A stretch of DNA of 64,000 bases from Spirochaetia bacterium (GCA_965203515.1 OZ241907.1:1152001-1216000), one strand, 5' to 3'. Numbered from the stretch's first letter, positions 1 to 10,281 are shown. A program made the numbers and translations. Notes: generated by a model not told the origin, from the sequence alone.

Positions 1-377
1 CCGACACCTTTCGCGAAGAGTCGCGTGAGGTGGACGAGATGACCATGCGCGACGGGCTGGCGTGGGTGAGGACCCTGCGCCGCACCGGCCGGCCGTATCG
101 GTCCGTGCAGACCGACGTCTACGCCAAGGCGGGATTCGCCGCGACGCCGCTGGTCGTGTCGGTGATCGCCGCGGCGGTCGGCGGCGTGCTCCGGCGCAAC
201 GTGCTGCTGGCCAGCATGCTGGTCGCCCTGGCCGGCTCGGTAGGCTACTTCGTCCTGCAGATGGTGGCCCACATCCTGGCCAAGAGCGACGTGATACCGC
301 CGCTGCTCGGCGCGGCGCTGTCCGCCATCGTGTTCCTGACCCTGGGATCGGCTCTGCTGCGGCGGGCGCGCACGTGA
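1..377 (+). CDS. LptF/LptG family permease, C-terminal part (5' truncated by window)
   Basis: Hydrophobic helices ending in ...LAKSDVIPPLLGAALSAIVFLTLG, typical of the LptF/G C-terminus; stop overlaps the tgt GTG. Confidence 0.7.
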   Translation, partial: DTFREESREVDEMTMRDGLAWVRTLRRTGRPYRSVQTDVYAKAGFAATPLVVSVIAAAVGGVLRRNVLLASMLVALAGSVGYFVLQMVAHILAKSDVIPPLLGAALSAIVFLTLGSALLRRART

Positions 378-1510
378 GCTTCCAGGTCACCGCCCGCGAC
401 CCGCTTACCCCGGCGCGGGCGGCGACGTTGCGCCTTCCGCACGGCGCGGTGCGCACCCCGGCGTTCATGCCGGTGGGAACCAACGCCTCGGTCAAGGCGA
501 TCTGGCCGCGCGATCTCACCGGCCTCGACTACCGGATGATCCTGGCCAACTCCTACCACCTCTACCTGCGTCCCGGCGCCGGCGAGGTGGCGCGTCTCGG
601 CGGCCTGCACCGCTTCATGGCGTGGACCGGGAATCTGCTGACCGACTCCGGGGGGTTCCAGGTCTTCTCGCTGGCATCGTTGCGCGCGGTCGACCAGGAT
701 GGGGTCTCCTTTCGATCGCACCTGGACGGCTCGCTCCACCGGTTGACGCCTGAGTCGGTCGTCGACGTGCAGACCGCGCTCGGCAGCGACGTCATGATGC
801 CGCTCGACGTCTGCGCACCGGCCGGCGTCGACCACGCGGCCGCCGCGGAGGCCGAGGAGGCGACCGCTCGTTGGGCGGCCCGATCCGCCGCGCGGTGGCG
901 GCGCACCGGCGGCTCCCGGCGCCAGCAGCTCTGGGGAATCGTGCAGGGCGGCCACTTCCTCGACCTGCGCGCCCGGTCGGCGGGGCGCATCCGGGACCTG
1001 GACCTGCCGGGGACGGCGATCGGCGGCCTGTCGCTCGGCGAATCGCCGGCTCGCTTCGAGGCGACCGTCGCGCATACCGCGGCGCTGCTCGACCCGGCGC
1101 GGCCCCGCTACCTGATGGGGGTCGGCAGCCCTGACCTGATCCTGTGCGGGGTCGAGCACGGCGTGGACCTGTTCGATTCGGTCTATCCGACGCGCATCGC
1201 CCGCAACGCGCAGGCGCTCACGCACGCCGGCCCCCTGTCGCTGCGCTCCGGGCCCGCGTCGCTGCAGGACGAGCCGCTCGACGCCGGTTGCGCGTGCGCG
1301 GTGTGCGCGGCGCACAGCCGCGCGTACCTCCGTCACCTCTTCAAGGCGCGCGAGATCATGGCCGCGGTGCTCACCACCTACCACAATCTGGCGTTCCTGG
1401 CCGCCCTGATGGAGGCGGCGCGGCAGGCGATCCTCGCCGGCCGCTTCGCCGCCTTCAAGCGCGGCGTGCTGCAGCGCTATCGACGTCGGCCGGGCGAAGC
1501 CGGTTCGTGA
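374..1510 (+). CDS. tgt: tRNA-guanine(34) transglycosylase
   Basis: TPAFMPVGT, DSGGFQVFSL, GIVQGG, YLMGVG and Zn site CACAVC...H; GTG at 374 overlaps the upstream stop. Confidence 0.96.
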   Translation: MSFQVTARDPLTPARAATLRLPHGAVRTPAFMPVGTNASVKAIWPRDLTGLDYRMILANSYHLYLRPGAGEVARLGGLHRFMAWTGNLLTDSGGFQVFSLASLRAVDQDGVSFRSHLDGSLHRLTPESVVDVQTALGSDVMMPLDVCAPAGVDHAAAAEAEEATARWAARSAARWRRTGGSRRQQLWGIVQGGHFLDLRARSAGRIRDLDLPGTAIGGLSLGESPARFEATVAHTAALLDPARPRYLMGVGSPDLILCGVEHGVDLFDSVYPTRIARNAQALTHAGPLSLRSGPASLQDEPLDAGCACAVCAAHSRAYLRHLFKAREIMAAVLTTYHNLAFLAALMEAARQAILAGRFAAFKRGVLQRYRRRPGEAGS

Positions 1511-1531
1511 GCGGTCCATGAGCGCCGGCTC

Positions 1532-3091
1532 GTGAGCGCGGAGCCGGCCGCGGACCACGCCGACGCCGACGCGATCGAACGGACCGCGGCGGTGCTGATG
1601 GTCTGCACGGCGGCCAGTCGGGTGCTCGGCTACCTGCGCCAGGCGCTGATCGCCGCCGCGTTCGGCGCCGGCGGCCAGGCTGACGTCTTCCACGCCCTGT
1701 TTCAGGTTCCCAACAGCCTGCGCCGGCTGCTGGCCGAGGGGGCGTTTTCGGCCGCGCTGGTCCCGGCGCTGGCGCGCGAGCGCGACCCGCAGGAGCAGGT
1801 CGCGCTCGCGCGCTCGGCGTTCGCGCTGCAGCTTGCCGTCACCGTGCCGGTGATCGGACTGGCGGTGCTGGCCGCCGGTCCTATCACCCGCGTGCTGTTC
1901 GCCTTTCCCGAACCGGAGAAGATGGCCAGCGCCGCCGGCCTGTTCCGGGTGATGATGCCGTACGCGGCGCTGGCGGGCGGGGCCGCCGTGCTCATGGGAG
2001 GCCTGCACGCGCGCGGTGCGTTCGTGGTCCCGGCGCTGGCGCCGCTGCTCTTCTCGGCCGGCATGATCGCCTCGATCCTGACGCTGGCGCAGCCGCTCGG
2101 CATCTACGCGGCGGCGGTGGGGGTGATCGCCGGCGGCCTCTTGCAGCTCCTGTTCCAGGTGCCGAGCTTCCTGCGGCACGGGTTTCGCGTGGCGCCGCGC
2201 CTGCGGTTCGACGCCGGGGTGCGCCGGATCGTCCGCGCGTGGGGGCCGGCGGTGGCGTCCGCGCTGGTCTTCGCGGTCATGCAGGCGGTGGCGTACCGGC
2301 TGGCGAGCGGCTTGGCCGACGGCAGCGCCAGCGCGATCAGCAACGCGGTGTTCTTCTACCAGTTGCCGCTGGGCGTGTTGTCGGTATCGGTGGTGACCGC
2401 CGCGTTCCCCCGGCTGGCCGCGCTGGCGGCCGCCGACCGGCACGCCGAGCTGCGCCTGCGCACGACGGACGGCATGGTGACCCTGGCGGCCCTCCTGGTG
2501 CCGGCGGCGGTCGTCTATCTGCTGCTGGGCGGCGCGATCGTGCACGCCGGGCTGCAGCGCGGGCGCTTCGATGCGGAGGCGACCGCGCTGACCGCCGCGG
2601 TGCTGCGCGGCTTTGCCATCGGATTGCCTAGCGTTGGCATATTTACCTTCTTGCAAAGGCTTTGTTACGCGGTCGACGAACCCGGCCGGGCGCTGTGGGC
2701 GGCGGTTGCGGTCGGCGTCATCGACATCGGCCTGTCGCTGTGGTGGCAGGAGACGCTGGGCGTGACCGGCCTGGCGCTGGCCAACTCCGCGGCGTTCACC
2801 GCCGGCGCGATCCTGCTGGCCCTGCCGTCGCGGCGCGTCGCCTGGTCGAAGCTGGGGAAGGGGACCCTGCAGGTTGCGGCGGGAACGGCGCCGGCGGCCG
2901 CTCTCATGTGGATCGTCTCAGCGGGGTTGCCGGCCCCCGCGCGGGAGCCGGCAACCCCGCTGCAGGCTGCGTTGCTGACCGGGAGCGTCGTCGCCGCCGC
3001 GGCGCTGACGCTGGTGACCTACCGGCTCACCGGTCTGCCGTTCGTCCGGCAGCTCATCGCACGCCGCCGCGGCGCGTCCGCCGAGCGCTGA
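1532..3091 (+). CDS. murJ: Lipid II flippase MurJ/MviN
   Basis: SRVLGYLR, PNSLRRLLAEGAFSAALVP, QLPLGV motifs; many TM helices. Confidence 0.93.
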   Translation: MSAEPAADHADADAIERTAAVLMVCTAASRVLGYLRQALIAAAFGAGGQADVFHALFQVPNSLRRLLAEGAFSAALVPALARERDPQEQVALARSAFALQLAVTVPVIGLAVLAAGPITRVLFAFPEPEKMASAAGLFRVMMPYAALAGGAAVLMGGLHARGAFVVPALAPLLFSAGMIASILTLAQPLGIYAAAVGVIAGGLLQLLFQVPSFLRHGFRVAPRLRFDAGVRRIVRAWGPAVASALVFAVMQAVAYRLASGLADGSASAISNAVFFYQLPLGVLSVSVVTAAFPRLAALAAADRHAELRLRTTDGMVTLAALLVPAAVVYLLLGGAIVHAGLQRGRFDAEATALTAAVLRGFAIGLPSVGIFTFLQRLCYAVDEPGRALWAAVAVGVIDIGLSLWWQETLGVTGLALANSAAFTAGAILLALPSRRVAWSKLGKGTLQVAAGTAPAAALMWIVSAGLPAPAREPATPLQAALLTGSVVAAAALTLVTYRLTGLPFVRQLIARRRGASAER

Positions 3092-3131
3092 CGCTCGCCG
3101 AGCGTTGCGCCGGAGATAGACGGCGCGCGTT

Positions 3132-5879
3132 TCAGAGCCCTTCGGCCCGCTCTATGCTTTCCACCCGATAGTGGAACGGCTTCTCGTTGATGGTGAACTG
3201 CAGGACGTCGGCCCGCCGGTGGCTCCACAGCTCGGCGCCGAGCGGCGAGAGGTAGGAGATCACGTTTCTGGCCGGATCCGACTCCCACGGCCCCAGGATG
3301 GTGAACCGCTCGTGGCCGCCGGTGGCGACGTTGGCCAGCAGCACCGTGGTGCCGAAGGAGACGACCTGATCGTCGACCTGGTTATGGTCGAAGATCTGCG
3401 CTTCCTGCAGATCCTCCTGCAGCCGCGAGGCGGCGCTCTTCAGCAGCTCCTGTTTTTCCAGCGCGGCCTTGTACTCGGCGTTCTCGCGCAGATCGCCCTT
3501 CTGCATCGCCGCGCCGATCTCCTTCGAGTTGAGCGGTATCTCGGTCTCGATCAGGTGGCGGAGCTCGCGCTGCTTGGCCTCATAGCCGCCGCGCGTGACC
3601 AGCAGACCCGCCCGCGTGCGCTCGACGGCGAGCGGCTCGCCGGCCGACTCGAACTCCGGAAACCGATCCGTGATCTTCTCCTTCAGGCGGATCTTGATCG
3701 ACGGATCCAGGTGCTCGATGTCGGCGAGCATCGCATAGATGCGCGTGATCGTCTCCAGGTCGGCGTGCAGGGTGAACTTGAGCAGATTGCCGTCCTTGAA
3801 CAGATAGTCATGAATCTGCTTGTTGATGCGGCGGCTGACCGAGACGTCGCGCCGGTTTTCGATGTCGCGATAGGTGAGATCGAGCAGATGCATCAGGGCG
3901 GTCAGGCATTTCTCCCGCCGGGCGGCCACGCCGGCAAACCACGTTTCGCCCTCGCAGTTGCGCAGCAGCCACACGAACGACTCACGCAGGTCGCGGTAGT
4001 TGTCGAACACCCTGGCGGCGATCCGCTCCAGCGAGTCGAACTCCTCGTGGTTGACCAGCTCGTCTACCAGCAGCCGGCTCGGCTGCAGATAGAAGAACCG
4101 GGAATAGACCGCCGGCCAGTCGGCGATCTCCTCGCGCACGTGCGCCAGGAAGTCCTTGCGCAGCTCGTTGTTGTCCAGCGCCAGGAACAGCTCCTCCAGA
4201 TCGTCGACCTGGGCCAACAGCTCGCCGAACTCCATGTCGACGCCGACCGCCAGGTAGGGATGCTTCCTGCCGATCTGCTGCACCAGCAGGAAACTGGCGA
4301 TCACCTGATCGTTCACCACCGTATACGCCTTCAGGAAGCCGCTGAAGTAGGAGAACATCTCGCTGAAGTACTCCGAGTCGGGGCCGGCGTTGCGCAGGTA
4401 GTCCTGCAGGATCGCGACCCGCCCGAAGAACGACTTCTCCGCGGAGAACTTGTTGAAGGTCTTCTCTTCGTAGGAGATCGGCGTGTCGCGCACCACGTAG
4501 GTATCGAGCTTCTCCTCGTGGCTGCCGAACGATGGATCGGTCTTCAGGATGCGCCGCGCCGCGGTGCTCCACTTGGACCACTCGGAGGCGGTCAGGATGC
4601 GCGGCACCAGCTCCAGCTTGATGCGCTTCATGTCCGCCTGGTTGCCGAAGCTCCTGATGATGGCGCGCAGCGTGCCGGCCGGATCGCGCTTGACGCCGGC
4701 GCGCAGCTTGGCGCGAGAAGTGGTGGCCTTGCGCACCCAGAAATGGTCCTTGGCCAGGATCTTCAGGGCGCTGACCGCCATCTTCAGCGACATGCGGTGG
4801 TTGCGCCGGTTTGGAAAATCGATGGTGATCTCGTCGTCGTCGATCGCGGAGATGCGGCCGATGCCCCAGCTGCGGTGAAAGACGAAGTTGCCGGCATCGA
4901 AGGCGATGTGCTTTTCGAATTCCGCGATCGCCTCGTGGACGTTGCGCCACGACTGCGTCAGGTTGGAGATGCGCAGGTATTCGTCCAGGTGGCTGTGGCC
5001 GGCGTATTTCTCGGTATATGCCTCGGCGATCTGCGCGCGCGCTTCGGCGTTCTTCGGCTCGTACCGCAGGATGCGCTTGAGGATCTCGATGGTGGTGCCC
5101 CAGTCCTCCTTTTCGTAGTAGTGCGGGTACAGCGACTCGAGCAGCGCCACCGCCCGTTCCTCGCTGACCGTGCGCGCGACCTTGCGCTCGAGCTGCAGAT
5201 AGAACTCGATCTCGTCGGGCTGGTGCTCGATCAGCTTGTCCCAGACCTCCTTGATGTTCGCGTAGTTGCGCTTGTTGATGTAGCGGTGCAGCGCCTTGCG
5301 GTAGTAGTTGACCGCGCCGTCAAGGTCGCCGGACTGCTCGCGGTTGCGGGCCAGCACCTTGACGAAGTCCGCCTCCTCGTAATCGACGCGTATCAGGCGC
5401 TCGTAGACGCGGAGCTTGGACGCCTCCTCGTTCTTGTTGTCGTAGCTCTCCGCCAGCGTGCGTAGCGCGAACCGGTTCTCGCCGAACTCCAGGATGCGGT
5501 TGCACAGAAACTCGACGATGTTCCACTTGTGGTTGTCGGTGAAGATGTTCACCAGCAGGATCAGGTTGGAATCGTCCACCAGCCGGCGGCTGATCGACAC
5601 GATGCCGGACAGGTACAGGGCGATGATGCTGTTGCGGTTGCTGCGCAGATGGTCTTCGCACAGCTCCAGCAGCTCGGTCTCATGTCGTTCCTGTCCGGCG
5701 GCCGCCAGCACTTCGTCCAGCTCGACGAAGTTGGCGGTGACGTAGCTGTTCAGGGCTGCGCGCGTCCATTTTTCCTGATTGAGCAGCTCGGTGACCTTGG
5801 CGGTCAGGCGGCCGGCGCCGGTATCGGTATCGGTATCGGTGGTCGTCTCGGTCGGTGTATCCGTCACTGCGGGCGTCAT
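3132..5879 (-). CDS. greA: Transcription elongation factor GreA, long spirochaete-type form (TPR-like N-terminus, C-terminal GreA domain), ~915 aa
   Basis: C-terminal GDLRENAEYKAA, ILGPWESDP, ISYLSPLG; ATG at 5879 preceded by GAGGT SD. Confidence 0.92.
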   Translation of the reverse strand: MTPAVTDTPTETTTDTDTDTGAGRLTAKVTELLNQEKWTRAALNSYVTANFVELDEVLAAAGQERHETELLELCEDHLRSNRNSIIALYLSGIVSISRRLVDDSNLILLVNIFTDNHKWNIVEFLCNRILEFGENRFALRTLAESYDNKNEEASKLRVYERLIRVDYEEADFVKVLARNREQSGDLDGAVNYYRKALHRYINKRNYANIKEVWDKLIEHQPDEIEFYLQLERKVARTVSEERAVALLESLYPHYYEKEDWGTTIEILKRILRYEPKNAEARAQIAEAYTEKYAGHSHLDEYLRISNLTQSWRNVHEAIAEFEKHIAFDAGNFVFHRSWGIGRISAIDDDEITIDFPNRRNHRMSLKMAVSALKILAKDHFWVRKATTSRAKLRAGVKRDPAGTLRAIIRSFGNQADMKRIKLELVPRILTASEWSKWSTAARRILKTDPSFGSHEEKLDTYVVRDTPISYEEKTFNKFSAEKSFFGRVAILQDYLRNAGPDSEYFSEMFSYFSGFLKAYTVVNDQVIASFLLVQQIGRKHPYLAVGVDMEFGELLAQVDDLEELFLALDNNELRKDFLAHVREEIADWPAVYSRFFYLQPSRLLVDELVNHEEFDSLERIAARVFDNYRDLRESFVWLLRNCEGETWFAGVAARREKCLTALMHLLDLTYRDIENRRDVSVSRRINKQIHDYLFKDGNLLKFTLHADLETITRIYAMLADIEHLDPSIKIRLKEKITDRFPEFESAGEPLAVERTRAGLLVTRGGYEAKQRELRHLIETEIPLNSKEIGAAMQKGDLRENAEYKAALEKQELLKSAASRLQEDLQEAQIFDHNQVDDQVVSFGTTVLLANVATGGHERFTILGPWESDPARNVISYLSPLGAELWSHRRADVLQFTINEKPFHYRVESIERAEGL

Positions 5880-5955
5880 GCTTACCTCGGTTGCGGCGCG
5901 TCCTTGCGGCGCGGGCGTTGGTTTCCCATGCGGCTGGGTTTCTCGTTTCGTCTCG

Positions 5956-6909
5956 CTATCGAACGTACTCGTCGTGAACCTGACGGTCCAGATCGCGGAT
6001 CTTCGCCAGCACTTCGTCGATGCGGGGCTGCGCCTCGCCGGTGACGACGTAGTGATCGATGAGCCAGAAATAGTGGTTGAGCAGGCGAGGGATGGTCTGC
6101 GGCGGCGCGGCGTCTTCGGCAAGGCCGCGCTCCATGGAGAAGATCGTCTGCTTGAGGTGGCCCAACTCCAGGGGCTTGAGCACGCGCTTCACGGAAAAGA
6201 GCCCGCGCAGCGTGGCGTAGACCGGCAGCCATGCGGCGATCTCCCCGGCCGGCCGGCCGGCTTGCTCCATGGCGGCGATCAGCCGGCGTATGGCCGGCGA
6301 TTCGAGCCGGTCGAGCCGCACCGCCTCCGCGTCGATGAAGAACGCCTCGCGGAACAGCACGCGCGCGTTGCGTTCTTCATCGATCGATGCGTAGCAATCG
6401 GCCAACTCGGCCAGGATCGCCGGAGCTCGGGGCCGCTTCCGGCCGGCGAGCTGCAGGTGCTCGATGGCGCTCGCGTAGTCTCCCAGGTCCTTGTGGCAGC
6501 GCGCCAGGCGCAGCAGCAGCCCCGCATCTTCCCGCTCCGGATGCATCTCCTGCAGGTTGCGGTAGCCGTGCAGGCACTCGGCCATCACGTACCGCCGGAT
6601 GTCGAGGATCGTACGCTCCGACACCTCCTCCAGGGGCCCGGCGAACCGCTGAAAGATGTCCCATTGCTGCTCCAGGTACTCGGCCCGCTCGTACGGGTCG
6701 GTGATGGTCGCCAGACGCGCCTCGCGCTCCTGCCAGAAGGTCGCGCACTTCAACGCCGACGCGATGCTGGTGAGCTCCGCGTCCAGACGCAACGCCCGCT
6801 CCAGCACGCGAATCGCCTTCGAGAAGGTCCCTTCGCGCAAGCACGCGTTGGCACGGTTGACCAGATGCGCTACCTCGTTGGCCGTAAAACTGAGTTGCCG
6901 CTCGGCCAT
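5956..6909 (-). CDS. TPR-containing hypothetical protein
   Basis: Helical TPR-like repeats (LARCHKDLGDYASAIEHLQLA); ATG at 6909; upstream of greA. Confidence 0.75.
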   Translation of the reverse strand: MAERQLSFTANEVAHLVNRANACLREGTFSKAIRVLERALRLDAELTSIASALKCATFWQEREARLATITDPYERAEYLEQQWDIFQRFAGPLEEVSERTILDIRRYVMAECLHGYRNLQEMHPEREDAGLLLRLARCHKDLGDYASAIEHLQLAGRKRPRAPAILAELADCYASIDEERNARVLFREAFFIDAEAVRLDRLESPAIRRLIAAMEQAGRPAGEIAAWLPVYATLRGLFSVKRVLKPLELGHLKQTIFSMERGLAEDAAPPQTIPRLLNHYFWLIDHYVVTGEAQPRIDEVLAKIRDLDRQVHDEYVR

Positions 6910-7001
6910 CCGTGTCCGCCAGTATGCGCTGATCGCCGGCCGCCCGTCAAACCCGCCGACCGCTCTGGGCACGCGCTCGCGCGCGGCGCTACCATGGCGT
7001 C

Positions 7002-7778
7002 ATGGGGCAGGCAGCCATCCAACCGGCCAGCACCGCCGGGACCGGCGCCGCGCGGACCGGCGCGCGCGGGTCCGCACCCCGCCCGCCGGCGCAGGTGGCG
7101 CCGTCGCTGTTGTCGGCCGACTTCGGGCATCTGGCGCGCGCGCTTGCGACCGTCGAGCAGGCGCCCGCCGACCTGGTCCACCTGGACGTCATGGACGGCA
7201 GCTTCGTGGACGAGATCACCTTCGGCGCCAAGTTGATCGCCGACCTGCGCCCCCGTTCGACGCTGCCGTTCGACGTGCACCTGATGGTGCGGGAGCCGGC
7301 GCGGCACGTCGAACGCTTCGCGGCGGCGGGCGCCGACCTGATCACCGTCCACCTCGAAGCATGCCGCGCCGCCGGTAACGACGCGCGGCCGCTGTTGCAG
7401 ACGATCCGGGCCGGCGGCGCGCGCGCCGGGATCGCGATCTCGCCGCCGACGCCGGCGGCCGCCCTGGAGCCGCTGCTCGACGTCATCGATCTGGCGCTGG
7501 TGATGACGGTGCACCCCGGCGCCGGGGGCCAGCCGCTCATATCGTCGTGCCTGGACAAGGCGCGGGCGCTCGCCGATCGCCGCGATCGGTCCGGGCAGGC
7601 GTTCCTGATCTCGGCCGACGGCGGCCTGCACCGCGGCAACCTGCCCGCCGCCGCGGCGGCGGGCATCGACATCGCCGTCATCGGCTCGGCGATCTGGCGA
7701 GCGCCGGTCCCCGCCGAGGAGATCCGGGCGATCCGCGCCGTGCTCCGGGCAGGCGGGCCGGCCGGCGGCGCGGCGTGA
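7002..7778 (+). CDS. rpe: Ribulose-phosphate 3-epimerase
   Basis: APSLLSADF, HLDVMDG, DVHLMV, MTVHPGAGGQ, ADGG motifs. Confidence 0.95.
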   Translation: MGQAAIQPASTAGTGAARTGARGSAPRPPAQVAPSLLSADFGHLARALATVEQAPADLVHLDVMDGSFVDEITFGAKLIADLRPRSTLPFDVHLMVREPARHVERFAAAGADLITVHLEACRAAGNDARPLLQTIRAGGARAGIAISPPTPAAALEPLLDVIDLALVMTVHPGAGGQPLISSCLDKARALADRRDRSGQAFLISADGGLHRGNLPAAAAAGIDIAVIGSAIWRAPVPAEEIRAIRAVLRAGGPAGGAA

Positions 7779-8218
7779 GCGGGCGGGCGGGCCGGCCGCT
7801 GCGCCGAGCCGCGTCGCTGGCCCGGCAGCGGCGGTTCGCCGAGCAGATACGCCTGTTGGTGCCGCAGGTCTACCGGTTCCGCGACAGCGCCCGCTTCTAT
7901 CGCTTGCTGGGCGTGGCCTGCCTCCGTACCGGCGATAGCCGGGCGGCGCGCTCCTTTCTCCTGCGCGCCGCGCAGCTCTCCTCCCACGACATCGGCGTGC
8001 GCCTCGCCCTGTGCGCGCTGCACGCCCGGGAGGGCGACGTGGACCGCGCTCTGCATGGATGGCTCGAGATCCTGGAAGCCGACCCGGCCAACCGGGCGGC
8101 CAGACGCGGGCTGGCGATTCTGCGCGCCGGGACGCCCGACGAGCTGGTCAGGATCGCCGGCTCCAACGGCGTGGAACCGCTGCTCGCGCCGCGGCCGGCG
8201 CGCTGGTGGCGGCGGTGA
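7775..8218 (+). CDS. Short TPR-containing protein
   Basis: GTGA overlap with the rpe stop; TPR-like helices ending in DPANRAARRGL. Confidence 0.6.
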   Translation: MSGRAGRPLRRAASLARQRRFAEQIRLLVPQVYRFRDSARFYRLLGVACLRTGDSRAARSFLLRAAQLSSHDIGVRLALCALHAREGDVDRALHGWLEILEADPANRAARRGLAILRAGTPDELVRIAGSNGVEPLLAPRPARWWRR

Positions 8219-8295
8219 CCTGATGGGACCGAGCGCCGCGGCGGACGGCCCGACGAGAGCCGGGTCGCCGGGAGCGAGCCGATGAGAGCGAGCCG

Positions 8296-8745
8296 ATGAG
8301 AGCGGTGGTGCAGCGCGTGGCGCGGTGCGCGGTGACCCCGGCGGGCGAAGCGCCCCGGCGGCAGGGTCCCGGCCTGCTGATCTACGTCGGCGTGGAGCGC
8401 GGCGACGGCGAGGCGGACGCCGCCTACATCGCCGACAAGGCGGCCGGACTGCGCGTGTTCCTCGACGACGGCGGCAAGATGAACCGCTCGGTCGCAGACA
8501 TCGGCGGCGCGGTCACGGTCGTATCGCAGTTCACGCTGGCCGGCGACGCGCGCCGCGGTCGCCGCCCGTCGTTCACGCAGGCGGAGGCCCCGGAGCGGGC
8601 GCAGGCGCTGTACGAGCGGCTGGTCGACCTGCTGCGCACGGCCGGCCTGCCGGTGCGCACCGGCGTCTTCCGCGCCTCCATGCAGGTGGAATCCTGCAAT
8701 GACGGCCCCGTGACCATCCTGCTCGACTCGCGGCGCACCTTCTAA
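8296..8745 (+). CDS. dtd: D-aminoacyl-tRNA deacylase
   Basis: MRAVVQRV, VSQFTL, GRRPSF, NDGPVT motifs. Confidence 0.97.
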   Translation: MRAVVQRVARCAVTPAGEAPRRQGPGLLIYVGVERGDGEADAAYIADKAAGLRVFLDDGGKMNRSVADIGGAVTVVSQFTLAGDARRGRRPSFTQAEAPERAQALYERLVDLLRTAGLPVRTGVFRASMQVESCNDGPVTILLDSRRTF

Positions 8746-8821
8746 GGGTGTCGCGCCGCGCGCTGCCCGGTTGCGCGCAGGCGCGGCGCAACGCCGGCCG
8801 GCGGGCCCGTGCGCATGCGTG

Positions 8822-8851
8822 TTGACCGCCGCGGCGCGCACCCGGTAGACT
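8822..8851 (+). promoter_or_regulatory. Candidate sigma70 promoter upstream of recA
   Basis: TTGACC-N18-TAGACT. Confidence 0.45.
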
Positions 8852-8912
8852 GCCGGCGACAACTGGGAGGATGAGACTGGCGGATCATCCACGCCGTTCC
8901 ATGCAATCGACC

Positions 8913-9012
8913 AGTCGGGCGCATTTCCAAGATGCAGGGAGGCGTCGGCCGGCTTGGCGGACAGGAGAGCTTCCTTATCAGGGCTTGCCAAGCAATGGAA
9001 ATGCGCGCGACT
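8913..9012. repeat. MITE/REPIN-like palindromic element, copy 1
   Basis: IR AGTCGGGCGCATTTCCA (8913-8929) / TGGAAATGCGCGCGACT (8996-9012), 16/17 match; interior shares blocks with the copy at 19618. Confidence 0.65.
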
Positions 9013-9098
9013 AGAAGCGCTGCCGCGGCACGGTGCGTATCTGTCTGTGAACGAAGCGTTCGCAGACCGGGCGCAGACCCGGGGAAGGAGTAGCACAG

Positions 9099-10208
9099 AT
9101 GGCAAGACGTTCCGACGGCCGCACGGCTCAATCGACCGGCAACGGCGCCCGCGGCGCCCTGCAGGCCGAACGCCGGCAGGCGCTCGACGCCGCGCGCCTG
9201 CAGATCGAGAAGCAGTTCGGCAAGGGATCGCTGATGCGGTTGGGGGAGGGGACCGGGCACCACGATCAACCGGCGATCCACTCCGGCTCCATCCTGCTCG
9301 ATGCCGCCCTGGGCGTCGGCGGCTATCCGAAAGGCCGGATCGTGGAGATCTTCGGTCCCGAGTCATCGGGAAAGACGACGCTCGCCCTGCACGCGATCGC
9401 GGAGGCGCAGCGCCGCGGCGGCATCGCGGCGTTCATCGACGCCGAGCACGCCCTCGATCCGGTCTACGCCAAGAGTCTTGGCGTCGATACCGACGAACTG
9501 TGGGTGTCGCAGCCCGACAACGGCGAACAGGCCCTGGAGATCGTGGAATCGCTGGTCCGCTCGGGCGCGGTCGACATCGTGGTCGTCGACTCGGTCGCCG
9601 CGCTCACCCCGCGGGCCGAGATCGAAGGAGAGATGGGCGACTCCCACATGGGGCTGCAGGCGCGGTTGATGAGCCAGGCGCTGCGCAAGCTCACCGCCAC
9701 GATCGCCAAGTCCGGCACCTGCCTGATCTTCATCAACCAGATCCGCATGAAGATCGGCGTCATGTTCGGCAACCCGGAGACCACCACCGGCGGCAACGCC
9801 TTGAAGTTCTACTCCTCGGTACGCCTGGAGGTCCGCAAGATCGAAACGATTCAGCGGACCGGAGAGAACGCGATCGGCAACCGGGTCCGCATCAAGGTGG
9901 TCAAGAACAAGGTGGCGCCGCCGTTCCGTCGCGCCGAGCTGGAGATCATGTTCGGCACCGGATTGTCGGCTTCCGGCAGCCTGCTGGAGGCGGCGCTCCA
10001 GCAGAACATCGTGGAGAAGAGCGGCACCTGGTACTCATACGACGGAGAGCGCATCGGTCAGGGACGGGAGAACGCCAAGGCGTTTCTGGACGCGCAGCCG
10101 CAGACGGCCGCCGCCATCGAGGGCAAGGTCCGCGCGTTGCTGTTTCCCGGTGCCGACGCGCCGGCCGGATCATCGCAGACCGAAGGTAACGGCGCGGGGC
10201 AGGCCTGA
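9099..10208 (+). CDS. recA: Recombinase A
   Basis: [41 protein letters not shown]. Confidence 0.99.
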   Translation: MARRSDGRTAQSTGNGARGALQAERRQALDAARLQIEKQFGKGSLMRLGEGTGHHDQPAIHSGSILLDAALGVGGYPKGRIVEIFGPESSGKTTLALHAIAEAQRRGGIAAFIDAEHALDPVYAKSLGVDTDELWVSQPDNGEQALEIVESLVRSGAVDIVVVDSVAALTPRAEIEGEMGDSHMGLQARLMSQALRKLTATIAKSGTCLIFINQIRMKIGVMFGNPETTTGGNALKFYSSVRLEVRKIETIQRTGENAIGNRVRIKVVKNKVAPPFRRAELEIMFGTGLSASGSLLEAALQQNIVEKSGTWYSYDGERIGQGRENAKAFLDAQPQTAAAIEGKVRALLFPGADAPAGSSQTEGNGAGQA

Positions 10209-10281
10209 CGGCCAGCCCCGAACGCCGCTCTTCCGGGGAGGGGAAGGAGCGATCAGCCAACGACCACACGCCGGCGATGGG

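Noticed and set aside
8871..9014. 47-codon ORF after GGGAGG upstream of recA
   Set aside because: SD abuts the ATG with no spacer, and the frame runs through the palindromic element
10225..10254. Strong purine run GGGGAGGGGAAGGAG followed by in-frame ATC as a possible scpA start
   Set aside because: Equally explained as the 3' arm of a hairpin after recA (CGCTCTTCC/GGAAGGAGCG) and a KOPS octamer; GTG 10282 is adequate
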